Shown: positions 51,326 to 64,000 of the stretch, one piece after another
Numbering within the stretch: the first letter of the stretch is position 1
Layout: each line of letters opens with the position of its first letter
NCBI GenBank assembly: GCA_965287045.1
Contig: OZ336878.1
Coordinates: 42,904,001-42,968,000 of the forward strand
DNA: 64,000 nt
Source of the DNA: Carcharhinus amblyrhynchos
Taxonomy: Eukaryota
Reading direction: 5' to 3'
Position numbers and translations under genes: made by a program
Notes under the pieces: generated by a model
Seen by the model: only the letters and a program-made list of their open reading frames with translations
Told to the model about the DNA's origin: nothing
Databases searched by the model: none

Positions 51326-54300
51326 CTGTGCCCCCTGCCCCCGATACTTCTAACTAAGGTCAGGAAGTTGCCATTAGATATTATGCAGAATATGAGAAAA
51401 TCAATGTGCTGCACTACTGAAAGCACTCCAAACTCTTCCGAAAAAGCCCAAATCAGTATACAGTATAGCGTAGAAAGAGTTAATGCTAATAATGGACCCA
51501 AGTCTCAAGCATGCAGTCCACTGCAAATCTGTAAAGCGATCCTTAATTCTGAAGTCTTTTGGAGTGCATGAAACACAATGTACCAATGCTCTCTTCCCAA
51601 CTGCCAGCAGCTGCGGGCACTCCGTTGCATTATGGGATGCCAAGGCAGTTTTTCAAGCCCAAGTCTCAGAGTGCTGTGCATTACAGACCAAGTAGAGGCT
51701 CTATTTCTTCTGTTGATTGAGTTTTACAGTGTATTGATTGTTCTGACTGCAACCATCAAGTTGTATATGCAGCAGTATCTGCCCAGCTCTAAATGAAAGG
51801 ACAAGGCATTTAGCAGCTCCATCTGCCAGAGTGCTTCTTTTTAAACATGTACAATACTGAATAAATCAGGACTGGGGCTTCATCATGAACCTGTTTTAGT
51901 TTGCTGGTAGAAGTTAAAAAGCAGCTTGCAGTCACTGTTGCTACTGACTAAACAGATGGAGTGACTAAATGCTTTACTGTTTCATGCTTTGATTTAAAGT
52001 TAGGTAGGGCATTTAATAGTATCATGATGCTGACAGTTCTAGATAAATCCCTTTAATTTGAGCACAAAGGAACTATTTGGATATAAATCAGATAACTTGG
52101 GGAAAAGTACATTACTTAAAAATGCTTCCAGGACATGTGCTCTTACACCAACAATTTAATTGATAAAATAATTTTCTATACACGCTTTTAAAATATTTTC
52201 AAGTCATTTTACTATGTAGAGTGTTTATAAACACACATTTTGCATATATATAACGCAATCTTTAATTCTTACTTCATCTGTTAAATGTTCAGCATGATTG
52301 TCCTTACAACGAAGCCTTGAACTACTTCAGAAGACTGACAGGTAAAATGCTATTTTATTCTATTTTGGAACAGAATACTCACTAAAATGGAGACATTCTC
52401 AATAACCAGGATGATATCAAGCAATTGGACAATTTATGCTCAAATTCAAAACAATGTTAATAGAAAATGCACTGTGACTACCGCAGGAAACCTGCACCCA
52501 ATGACGACTGAAACTGTACTTTCATTTGAAAGTACAGTCGCCAAATTAAGGTAAAGCTTTCTTATTTAAAACTGGAAGTATTATAGTTGCACTTCAAAAG
52601 ATTTAAGGGATTGGCAGCAGTAGTTTACTTAACAAGTACAAAAGATCCTAATTCATGAACATCAGAGGCATGAGTGAATTAACAGGGCTTCTCACACATA
52701 AAACATAGCCTCCAGTTGTTGCCTTTCCTCACCTGCACACCCCATCCCTCACACAAGGAGCAGTGTCCCCGAGTATCATAGAAGAATGCAGGACAATGAA
52801 TGGCACTTCCATTGCAACTGATGCTCTTGTGACATGACTCGGTGTTGCATACTATGGTTGATACTTAAAACATAATGTAGAGTGGTTGAGAAGGTGGAAA
52901 GAACAAATGTTTTAAAAATCTTATATAAAAGTGGCCTATTTGTTTTTGAATGCGCGGTTCAGGAAGTTTATCAATTCAGCAAAAGATATCAAAAATGTTC
53001 AGATTTTAAGAAAGCAAAACAGACTTAAAGTCAGTAAAATAATATAATTCTGTCATTAGTGGTTTTGTTATGATGGTAAAATAATGATAGGTCAATTAAC
53101 ATACATTCCATAAACATAAAACATATCACCATCCTAGAATGCATGATTCTGATCAGAACTGCTACAAGTCAAGAAGTTCCCATGGCAATACAAACATTCA
53201 CATTGTTTGACACACCATACAGTAAACTTCAATTAATTCTCCCTCCCCCCACCCCATCTTATCCAAAGAGGTAATTAGATGAACACGGCAGTTTCTGGCT
53301 AGTTCTCAGCCCTTGCAAAACTACAGATGAACTGTCTGACTACAATTCAAATGCAGTCCTCATCAAGTTCAAGTACAATCAAAGTCTGCACAATAAAGGC
53401 AGTGCAGTGGCTCGCGTTCTCCTGGCAGGGGCTTAAGACAATGAACGTCTTGTTAGAAGGCATCTGAATACAAAGAGTCTATTCTCAGCTGTTAGCTGAA
53501 GCTGCTATTAAGGAATGAGGAAAAAAAATCTCAACCTATTAAGGTCTGACTAGCTTCAGCCTTTATGCATGCCTCCCTGAAAAACTTTAATAGAAATATA
53601 ACCCTTGCTACACCAGAAGAAGTAATGTGAAATTAATCCAGAAAATATAATGTCTCTCCCTACTGAATCGAAATTCCACATCCCATTTGAAAAAAAACAG
53701 AAAATTGCAAATTAAAATCAGAAAAGGTAACTCAATCTAATTTAACTTTTAACTGAGTTTGGCTTTGGATCTGCTTTTAGAATTTAGTAAACTGAAGTGG
53801 TCAGCGAGTTTAGAGAATTAAATTTACTAGACACCAATACAAAATATTAAAAAGTTTACTTTATAGGCACCAGTCATACATTCACAGACAAAGATGTGAA
53901 TGCAAAATGACAGCAATTAATTAGTTATCCTTTAACCACCTGCATCATGATACAAATTCCAAAGTACATCCTGACAGGAAAACACTAGATTCATGGGAAA
54001 ATATATCAGTCATTGGTAAAGAAAATTTGCAGCATTGAGGTTCCATGAAGGAATATCCATAAGATAATATCGCTGCTTCAATACCTGATAAATATGGCCA
54101 GGAATATAGACATATACACACACACATATATACACTTACTAACTACCAAATGAGCTTGCTTAAAGAATAAAAATATCGGCATCAATATAATATAAACTAC
54201 AAATAAACGTGCCAATTGAGTAAAATTAAGCATCCAATTTTCTATTTTGTCTGAAAGCAGAACCATATAAATAAAGTTCTGGCAGGAGATGATGACTGTG

Positions 54301-54539
54301 CAAATGATTAAATTTCTATGCCCAAATTATCACCAAAAAACATTCCAGTACTCGATAACCTGAGGTTAGGATGGAATTAATTTAAATATATCATGAAGTC
54401 AGAGAGATGCAGTTAGCACATCTCAAATCTGAAGCACACAAACACAAATTTTGAATTTTTTTTAGATATTCAAAGATACTTATGAGATTCATGTACCTTT
54501 TTATTGTGGTACTTGAAGGGCAATTTTATGCTTTTGGAG

Positions 54540-55845
54540 TCGACACTGGTGCTCTATCCTTGGCCTTCTCTTATTTCTCATCTACATGCCGTCCCTCAAC
54601 AACATCATCTAAAAAAAAGCAGCAGTTTCCACATGTAAGCTGATGGCACCCAGCTCTACCTCTAACATTCTTAACTATTCCAATGTACATTCTCTTGACA
54701 CTCTGTTGTCTCAAAAGTGTCAAATGGCAGAGTGGTTAGCACTGCTGCCTCTCAGTGCCAGGAATGTCGGTCCAATTCCAGTTTGCATGTTCTCCCCACG
54801 TCTATGTGCATCTTGTCCAGGTGCTCTAGTTTATTCTCACAACCCAAAGATGTGCAGGTTAAGTGGATTGGCCCTTTAGTGTAAGGGGGATTAGTGAGGT
54901 AATACATGAGGTTACGGGGATAAAACCTTGGTGGGATTGTCGTCAGTGCAGGCTCAAAGGGCCAAATGGCCTTCTTCTGCACGGTAGGGATTCTATAATT
55001 CTATTGCTTGCGTCATATTTGACTCAAGTTGAACTTCAGGCTGCATATCTGTACCATCATCAAGGCTGCCTGCTTCCACTTTTCTAATCTCTGGCCTGCC
55101 CCAGCTCATTTGCTGCGGAAACACCCATCTATGCCTTTGTTAATTCTAAACTTGACTATTCTAACACTTTCCCAGCAAGCCTCCCACATTCTACTCCACA
55201 TATATACTGGAGGTCACCTAATGCCCTGCTGCCTCATTCCTAATCAACTTAGCTTCTCATTCTTTAATACAGCACTCAAGTGATTTATCCAATTGCAAGG
55301 ACCCTTTAAATTTCTTTGCATGTCTGTCTATGCAAGTTAATTCAAAGGGGTCAACTTCTGTCCAACTAATGCAGCCCTGCAGCTTACAAGAAACATTGGT
55401 CCTAAACTACAACATGTCCTGTTCACTCCTGTGCTCACGGATCTGCATTGACTCCTGGGTAAGCAACACCTCAATTTCAAAGTTCTCTTTCTTATTTTCA
55501 AAGCCCTCCAAAGCCTCACCCCTCCTTACTCCTGTATTCTCTTCCAGCCCTACAACCCTCAAGAGTTTTCTGCACTCCTGCAATTCTGGTCTCCAACATC
55601 CCCGATTTCAATCACTTCACCACTAGCTGCTGTCTCTTCAATTGCTTGGCAGTAAACTCTAGAATTCCCTCCCTATAACTCTACTTCTCTTTTAAGACAC
55701 TATTTAAAACTGACCTTTGTTTTGATCGCTTGCCCCAATATCTCCTTATGTGGCTGAGTTTGAATTTTGTTTGATCGTGCTGCTGTGAAGTGGTTGGGAT
55801 GTTTTGCCACATTAAGAGTGTTATCCAAATACAAGTTGTTGTTGT
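54540..55845 (+). mobile_element. L2 LINE fragment (RT through 3' end), split by an HE1 SINE
   Basis: Decayed ILG.LLFLIYM, FHM.ADGTQLYLS, AFVNSKLDYSN and TPVLTDLH motifs. Tail aaatacaagttgttgttgt. Confidence 0.8.
54725..55005 (+). mobile_element. HE1 SINE nested in L2
   Basis: tggcagagtggttagcactgctgcc head, V-domain, gggattctataattcta tail. Confidence 0.88.
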
Positions 55846-55991
55846 CATTGTTTGAAGCAATTAGTTAGTGCAGCTTAAGGAATTGGTCACTAAGTCTCAT
55901 CTGACTAAAAAAATCCATCTGAATGTGGCAACATAGCCAACTCACCCCTACCGCAGAACTGCTGAGCTGAACCTGGAACTAATAGTGGAGG

Positions 55992-56230
55992 AAAAACAGA
56001 AAATGCTGGAAAATCCTAGTAGGTCTGACAGCATCTGTGGGGAGAGAATAGACCCAACACTTCAAGTCTAAATTACTCTTCGTCAGAGTTGACAAAGCTC
56101 CAATGAAGGGTCATCTAGACTCAAAACGTTGGATTTGGTCTCTCCCCACAGGTGCTGTCAGGCCTGCTGAGATTTTCCAGCATTTTCTGTTTTTGTTTCA
56201 GATTGTTTCATCTGCAATATTTTGCTTTTA
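55992..56230. mobile_element. Palindromic pair of Penelope-type pseudo-LTRs
   Basis: About 95-bp inverted arms (aaaaacagaaaatgctggaaaatc... / ...gattttccagcattttctgttttt) around 56090. Each arm has a degenerate hammerhead core. Confidence 0.75.
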
Positions 56231-59200
56231 TACTAATTGTGGAGGGGTTACTTGGGTGTTTGTGCTTTCACCTAATTCTGGCAATTGTTATACAATTTGT
56301 AGAATATTTCACGTACAAAATTTAATTATGATGCAATGTAACTGTTGGGGTTATAAATGACATCGGCATTTATACCTCAAATACATAATATGTGTACATA
56401 ATTAGCAAGGACTGGGATGCTTCTGAACAAATCACTTTTAACTTTGTATATTTACAATAATTCACCAAGGGGAAAAATATCTATTTCATAGCGCCTGGAT
56501 CTGTAACCTCATTGTGTTGTCTTCTGCTCCTCATTTGTGGCTTTCAGGGTCTTGCCAAACACATTTATATAATTTGCTATAATGACAAACTATAACTGTT
56601 TTATTCAAATTCTTAATTATTACAAGGAGAATGAAGTTAATTTCATGAACTACCTGTAGCAATGAGTCAGCTCATTAAATGTTCTGAGTGTAAGCTTCAA
56701 CTTTTGCATCTTTTCCTCTCCAATCACTTTTCACTTAGAATATATGTGGGAAAAAGGATTAGTTTCTGCATGATGGAATAATCAAAAAAAAACACCCCCC
56801 ACCCCAACTGTTCTCTATTTTTTGTATACCCTTCCTGACCCAAACATAATGTTAATGCTTGGAGAAGAGCAGTTACCATAGAAACAATCCAAAGCTGTTC
56901 CAGAGGGTCGTCTTGTGGGTAGATTTGAAGTCATTCAATCGATGCCAATCAATGAGAACATTCTTTCCCGTGCCAAGTAATTCCAACTGTATTTAAATCA
57001 GTACTGTACACGAGTTTTCTTAACCTTTAACTGGCCAACGATTTATTTTAATATACAGTCCAAATCTCCATGCAGCATTTTTAGGGTTAATGAAGACAAC
57101 TAGTAAATCACAAAAAGTAGACTTGAGTAGACTGCCAACACACTTTTCTTTTTTGGATCCAAGCAATTGTGATTTCTCCAACAGACTGAAGTTCCGAAAC
57201 ATTTATTCATATTTCAATACGAACTGAGTCATTCCAATGCTAAATAATAGCTTGTCTGTTGGCTACCTTTACAACTGGTTCCACAAATCTGATCAAACAC
57301 AAGCTTTCACCTGATTGCCAGGTGAGGAGTCAATAGGAATTCACCAAAGACACAGGACAAAACCTACTGTGTGCTGAAGGTTAACAGTGGTACGGTACGC
57401 AGAGGCTTCAAGGTTGTAATTTTACCGGGTAACAATTATGGTCTGATGCTAAACAGTGGTTGAGTGACATTTTTTGATCTAAATAATGGTAAAGTGCTAT
57501 TTCAGTTCAACTAAATTTTCTGAGTATAAGTTTCTTTCAATTAATTTATCTATTCCTCCAGTTATTGTACTTGACAATTTACTTCATTGGAAGATATTTC
57601 TTTAGTCAACATTATGAAGGCAAAGTGCCAGTTAATTGCATCACATGTTAACTAACTTACAAATACTATTTGACAAATTTTTAGCAGCCATGATGACATA
57701 CACAAATGAAAAAGACAGTACTTAAGCAGTTAATGCTCACAACTGTGTGTCCAAATTCACAGACCACGTCTCTTCACAGTTACTTCCTCCTTTCTCCAAA
57801 ACTACAACAACTCCCAAAGCATTGGTTTGATCGCAGTTTTGCAAAACACAATCACATTTTTCTACTGACATTAAAGAGCGTTTGGTAAATTATTATAGCA
57901 GCCAGATATAGCAGATATTATAGACCCTTTGTGTCTGCTGTGAAATCAATCTGATATTTTTTAAATCAGCATTCAAGATTTTAATCAATGGTTTCTCATT
58001 TTTCTTTTCAATGCTTTGGGAGAGCAGGGCTACTTAGCTGTTCTTGGGAATATTGCTCTCTGTATATTTAAGGCTGAAAGTACTGTGCCAGAATAAAACA
58101 AGTAATAACAAGTGAGAAAATAACAATTTAATTTCAGATGTAGATTAATGCGATACATGTGGTTCAGTGATTGTAAAACGTAGGCTCAAAGCATTTGTTT
58201 CAAATTACCACAAGCAACACTTAAATTTACTGAGGCAGTAACAAAAATTAAAGTTAGTTGGTCAGAGAAATCCAAGCGGTCACCCTGGCAAAATGTATTC
58301 TTAGCAATCGCTAGGTGGTCAAACCACATTGCTGTGTTTATAATGTTGACTCATACCCACTCGGGCCTTTTCTCAAGTAACCAGCTAATCTGTTGTGTAC
58401 AGTTATACATTCCACAACTCCCGACTCAATTTTCTTCTGAAGCCAGTGTTGCTCGTGAGCAGTTGCATTTTCGAGGGCAAAGATACATTTGATTTATACT
58501 TTAACATTATGATAGATTTATTTTAAAAGCAAATATTTTACTTCTCATAGAAGTTTCCAGCATTTTATCTTAATAGGTACCAATGACTCAATTTTCAACC
58601 ATTTGTCAATCTCCTGCGTGGAAATCCTCGACACATGTAGCTCTGTGACCTGCACTCCAAACTTCAATTATTTTCTTAAATTTTCTATATTTTAAATCAT
58701 AATACAGAGCTGAGCATCATGAAATAACTTTCATGTACCACAGGTGATGAGAATAGAAGGCAAAGTCTTTACAATCATTAAAAATTCACTTTGCAACATT
58801 TAATCCCCAGGAAATGTTACTATTAAAAAGGCAGATTCTGGAAAAAAAATCAATTTTATTGAGAAATAAAATGGAGAGAATAGCAGCAAACAACCCAGTT
58901 GTTAAAATGATTAGTTCAAGGAACTGTTGAACTTAAATTACTAAAACTAACAGACATGTTAAAAGTGGTCTGTCCTATCTGTATGTGCTCCCACTTAAAT
59001 CCCAATGCCTGTTGGAGGTGCATGTCAAATTTTGACGCAAGCTCTTGCGTAATAGCTCCTTCAGTTATAAATGGAAAGGGGCAAATTAATCACAGCTTTA
59101 CATATCTACCTCACCTATTTTGTACAACACATCAATTTTAAGATCAGCAGTATTTTTATATTTGAATTCAGAATACATAGTTGTTGACATAACAAATATT

Positions 59201-59549
59201 TGTTTCTTTATTTAGAAATATTTTTATATATAAATAGAACTGCTAGTTAAGTATATTTTTTTCCTTGGCCATATTATTCATAAAATATACACTCAGTAAT
59301 ATTAACATTATTATTGAATTACTAAACCAGTTGCTACAATGGATTTATTTAATTGGACAAGAAGAATTTAGCTCGAGTATTACCAAATTGACAATATTTC
59401 CCAAGTTGCACCACTCAATTCATGTTTTGAAAAAATTAAGTTTAGTCTAACCCTGGTTTTTGGACAAGATTACACTACGTGGCCCACCAGAAGAAGATAT
59501 TATATCCTTGCATTATTTGAGAAAGTATGAAAGGGAATTGTTTCCTAAT

Positions 59550-59769
59550 GAAAGGGGCATTATGTTTATTACATGCAAAAATACCACTGCCCAGTTAATA
59601 ATTGAATAAAAGGTTCAATTGATTTGGATTGAGGGAGAAAAGAACTTATTAAACATCCAAAACTTCTCATCGTCTTCTGTAAAAGAGCTAACTGCTAAAT
59701 TTGATGAAGTCCTAGATGGCTGAAAAAGTGGCCCAGTTGAAAAAGTTGAAGGTGAGGATCCAATCCAGA
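59550..59769 (-). other. Candidate terminal exon
   Basis: ctctaacttattggtgtttag|TCTGGA, with a good branch point. AATAAA(-) at 59565-59570. Confidence 0.25.
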
Positions 59770-59901
59770 CTAAACACCAATAAGTTAGAGGTATTAAAAT
59801 AAATAAGTCTCTTAGTAAACACATAAATCTTCATTTGTTTTTCTATAGACATCAAATAGCAATAATTTTCATTGGAATCAAGACTAATTGTTCAAGACTT
59901 T

Positions 59902-60028
59902 GGCCCCGATTTTACCGACACAGGCTGCCCTGAAATCAGGACGGGCGAGGCTCACAGATTGGCATTCCTCGTTGGCCTTGAGCACCATCTTATGAGCCCT
60001 GGGCAGCAATGCCGGTAAAATCAAAGCC
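59902..60028. mobile_element. Short Harbinger-like MITE, same family as 29736-29850, opposite orientation
   Basis: TIRs GGCCCCGATTTTACC and GGTAAAATCAAAGCC. TTT on both flanks. Shared ggctcacaga...ttc...cgtt.gcct core. Confidence 0.7.
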
Positions 60029-61778
60029 TTTGTCTCCCTTCTGAGAAATCTTTTGAAGTTATGTTATCTAAATTTAATTTTTTGAAGTAATCATTCAAAA
60101 TACAAGAACTATCGCTGTTGTGAACTGTGACAGCAGCCATATTGGACGCAGCCTGGAACAATCTGTTCATCCATTTAATAGTACTAAGTTACAATTACCC
60201 TAAATCATCAAAAACAATCACTCCATGGCCCAACTTGTGATAGCACAATGAAGTATTTAGGAAGAATATGCAAAATATCGACAAAGTAAAACTTTGTTAC
60301 ATTAACTGTAAAATCAAAGCACTAGTTTTCTGAATTAAAAGAACCAATATTAAATTGTCAGTACTGTCATCAGCAATGCCAATCTGTTTACACATTAACC
60401 AGAAAGTTCAGAGACATCCGTTTCCAAGGATGCATTTTGTGGCACTAATTACAGCTCGTTGAAACTTACATCCTTTACAACAGAGCTTATGAGAAAGTAC
60501 TAAGATTCAAAAAGATGTTGGGGTAAAGAGCTAATCTGGATACAGAAGTGAAATTAAAACCAGTTTCACAAATCGGGGTCTTTTTTTTCTCGTTAAAACA
60601 CCCTGCTTGAAGGCTGTTTAAGATGTTAATAACTCTTCTCTAATAACACTGAGTGACTGCCACAGTTCAAAGTTTTTCTTTTCAGTTCTTTGTGTAGAAA
60701 GCACTGCTGCTATTTGGCTTGGTCATTAACATATTTGGCAAAAATGTTAAATTAACAAACCAATGCCAAATTCTAGCATGGTCTGGATGCAGCGTCCTGA
60801 CAAATATTCTACAACTTAATGTTTTTGTCCATTTTATCTTCCAGTTATTGCTCCATTGGAGTTTGCAATCTGCTTGAGTACAGAACTGATTTTTTTCTAT
60901 AGTAAGTTCCTGTATTGCTCTATCGGTCTCTATTGGAAATGTATCAGGTGAATATGATGAACATCAGCAAGGACAGCAATGATATTTACAATATACGTAC
61001 TTCACCTGTCTGATTTACATCTGCATCTTTAGTCAAAGGAAGGAATTTAAAATATTTTCTATTCCGTGTGGCAGACAATCAAGTGTTAGCTCTGAGATCA
61101 AACGCACGCGGTTTTAATTCAACACTGTATTTGGAACCAAAAAATATATTAAAAAAATACTTCAGATCTTTACTGCCATTTGTGAAAATGTCAAAGTTAT
61201 TTTAATGGATAACTCTAAAGCTAACCACTATGAAACACCAAAAGCCACGGGAGCAGGCCTGCATACTTCAAAAGCCTAGATTTAACCACAGAAGACAATG
61301 GCTAACAAAAAGTATTACTTTCATCCTACCCACATCGTTCTGACTACAAAGAGCACTCCCAATGACTATACTCTATTGGCTTTTGCTATGCAGGAATAAT
61401 CAGCTACAGTAACATTTAGCAGCTGAACACTGGAAGCACTCCTGGTGTTGAGGGACATAGAAAAAAAACAGGCACAATCACGCAGCTGTTCAATAAAGCT
61501 CTTGCGGTTTCACTGGACTAATTCTTTTTATCATTTGCATAAAGTTGGTCATAAATCTGTGTTCCTCATGTTGAGAATTGAGCATGTTCAGGAGAGCTGG
61601 TGCTCTGCTAAGTCGAAACCTTCAAACTTCATTTTTTTGCTGAAGAATGCTGTCTGTGGTTCAGAACTATTCTTGCTCGTGAAAAATTTTACTCCGACAC
61701 AATAGTTTTGTGTTTTTATTTTGGAAGAGAAAGTTAAATGATGAATTTAAAAAGTAGTGCCCATTGTTTAATCCACAA

Positions 61779-62042
61779 CTATTGAGTTTTAATTCCCTTG
61801 ATGTCGTCCGTACGAGTAGCCCAAGGACACAAGCAAGAGTAATGCTTGTGATTTTTCTGTTCCACAATGCAAGAAGGATACTTTTCTACAGCATTCCCCC
61901 TGGGACCGGGTTGAATTATTTTGAAGCGATGACCCTTGTCAGACATCAGCAAAGGAGTGATTTCCATTCCCAATCGCTGGGGGGTGGGATTCAAACACCA
62001 CTGTCCAAGCCAACAGCTTGGCCTTAGTACACCAACATACTC
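61779..62042 (-). other. Candidate exon-like segment
   Basis: gtgctgttccag|GAGTATG. Phase 0 is open for 87 codons and phase 2 gives SMLVY*. No recognised protein. Confidence 0.2.
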
Positions 62043-63787
62043 CTGGAACAGCACTACAGATTCAATGGACATTGCCAAGTTTAATTGTATATTTCGCCAC
62101 AGTCCCACCTCCCACCCATAACCAACAGCTACCCTACCTCCTTTTCCCACTGGCCTAGTCTGAAAACTTGCTTTTTTTTTTAAACGTAAAGTTTTCCTAT
62201 TGCTTAATCTTTACCAGGAGTAATCCAGTGGTTTCAAAGCACTCAGTGTGGCTTGTTTTCGTGAACTAATGGAGTGAATCGTTAATTAAGTTATTTTAAC
62301 AACATCTGATATGGCCTCAATATTTGAAAGCATTAATGAAAATGCCACAATTTCTGCATTTGTCACAACCTTGGAAAATAGTGCAATTACTGATCTTAAG
62401 CAAATGGTGAATGATGGACCAAGGACATGATTATGATATTAAGAGAAGAAAAACATATTAAACTTTCTGTAATCCTCGTTGGGAGTATATTAATTGCTAA
62501 TTCTTGGTTAGACCACAAGATGGAGCAACTAACAGATATGGCTCCCCCATGTAATAAAGGGTGGATGGGGTGTGGGGAGCTGGTGATGTCGGGTGGGGAA
62601 AAGCAGTAGTCATTTCTCATCAGCTGATTGTACATTTTCCTTTTCAACAACCATAGGGGATTCCAGTCCCCTATATGCTGGAGAAAGCATGACAGAAGAG
62701 GATTATAGCAATCAGGAATGATGGAAAAATCAAAAGACAAGTGAAGAGAGCACGAAAGAGAATGGTAATTGGAGCAGTGATAATATGTCCCAGTTTAATA
62801 AATACTCAATTTGGTGCATGTAAGAAAGCGAATGATATAAGGAAACTCAAAAGTTGATATATCAATCCTTGATCTACTTTGACAAAGTGAGTTAGTAAAA
62901 ATGAGGTCCATTTGGACAGCTGATGCAGAAAATATCCTGACCTTCCATGCTACCTGCTATTTAATTGCAGGGTACACGTTACACTGACTGATTCTGAATG
63001 CCAATTATTGCTGTATTTTTTTCCTCCTCTGGAGTGTCAACATTTAGCAAATCCAAAAGCTTCAAGCCATATTGTTCTCACCAGCATTTACAGCATGACT
63101 ACCTAGAACTTCTGTTTGTCAGGAAAGGATCGAGAGAGTTTTAAAAAAGATGGCAGTGCATTTGGTCACACAAAAGCATAAAGTCAGGATTGCCAATGCA
63201 AGAACACGTCACTGCAACCAACTCATTTAAAGAGAACAAAAATGCGTTCCCATTACAAAAATCTTTGTTTCAAATACTGCCTTCATAACAAAAAAAAGTA
63301 ACCTTTCAGCATTTAGCATTATATTTATGACCTTTAACCAGCAAAGGGTTGCCTACTTTTTTTGTTAAACTATTTGAATGGGCGTCATGAAGATTGTCAG
63401 ATGTTAATAGTAGGCCCGTTAATAGTATTGAAATTTATTAATATCCATTTGTACCAACATGTAGCTGTGCAAAATTTGATAAAAAATCCTCATTTCTTCA
63501 CAGCACAAAATGAGATATTTAATAAGCTGACGTCAATGGAAAGAAATTACAAGAACATTTGTAATCATAATTTTTTCCCTATTTATTATTGCTGTACCTT
63601 TCTTTAAAACAAGTAAAACTATGATTCCTGGAGAGATCATTAAGAGAACTGGTAACGAGGAGTTACTGATTGAGAAAATTGACGTTATCTAATCCTACAG
63701 CCATTCACTCAGTGTACTGCACTCATTGTTTCAGCTTAGTTGTGTAGATTAATACAATTCCAACCTTCTCACATTGCAACCACTTAC

Positions 63788-63872
63788 TTGAGAAGCTCAT
63801 CAAGCAACTACTGCTTACCTAAAATAACAGAACTATGTAAAAGAAAATAAATAATCAAAAAAGGGTGTTAGA
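63788..63872 (-). promoter_or_regulatory. Candidate recursive splice site with RS-exon
   Basis: Minus strand tctaac...long pyrimidine tract...ttttAG|GTAAGC, then a second donor CAA|gtaagt 31 nt downstream. Confidence 0.35.
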
Positions 63873-64000
63873 CATTTAATTATTTTCAACACTACAACCT
63901 TTCAGAAGGGCGGTAAGGGGGAAACAATTCTTTTAAAATATCCCATCTCCAAGGGAACTCTACACTGTAAGATTTTGATCTTTTTTAAATTAAGAAAATC

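Noticed and set aside
52513-52538. Hairpin actgtactttca-tt-tgaaagtacagt as a miRNA or terminator
   Set aside because: The 12-bp stem is too short for a pre-miRNA and has no supporting context.

Overview
Eukaryotic, AT-rich, essentially non-coding DNA from a cartilaginous fish (shark). The taxon is inferred from HE1 V-SINEs, HER1/CR1 and L2 LINE fragments, SacSINE1-like DeuSINEs and shark-type Penelope repeats. No intact protein-coding gene is recognisable. Longer ORFs are decayed retroelement ORF2 pieces or chance ORFs. Mobile elements seen: a 1.7-kb inverted Penelope (GIY-YIG) insertion with a target-site duplication and degenerate hammerhead-ribozyme motifs, several Harbinger-like MITEs with 3-bp TSDs, a solo LTR, and many SINE/LINE fragments. 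Between them lie transposon-poor blocks (about 11.5-20.5 kb and 56.3-64 kb) with CNE-like sequence. A series of minus-strand exon-like segments, mostly without a sustained ORF, includes a polyadenylated terminal-exon candidate at about 12160-12885. That exon loosely resembles my unverified recollection of a human SEM1 (DSS1/SHFM1) alternative last exon, so the window may be the 3' flank of SEM1 in the DLX5/6 regulatory block. All coordinates were read by eye and repeat boundaries are approximate.
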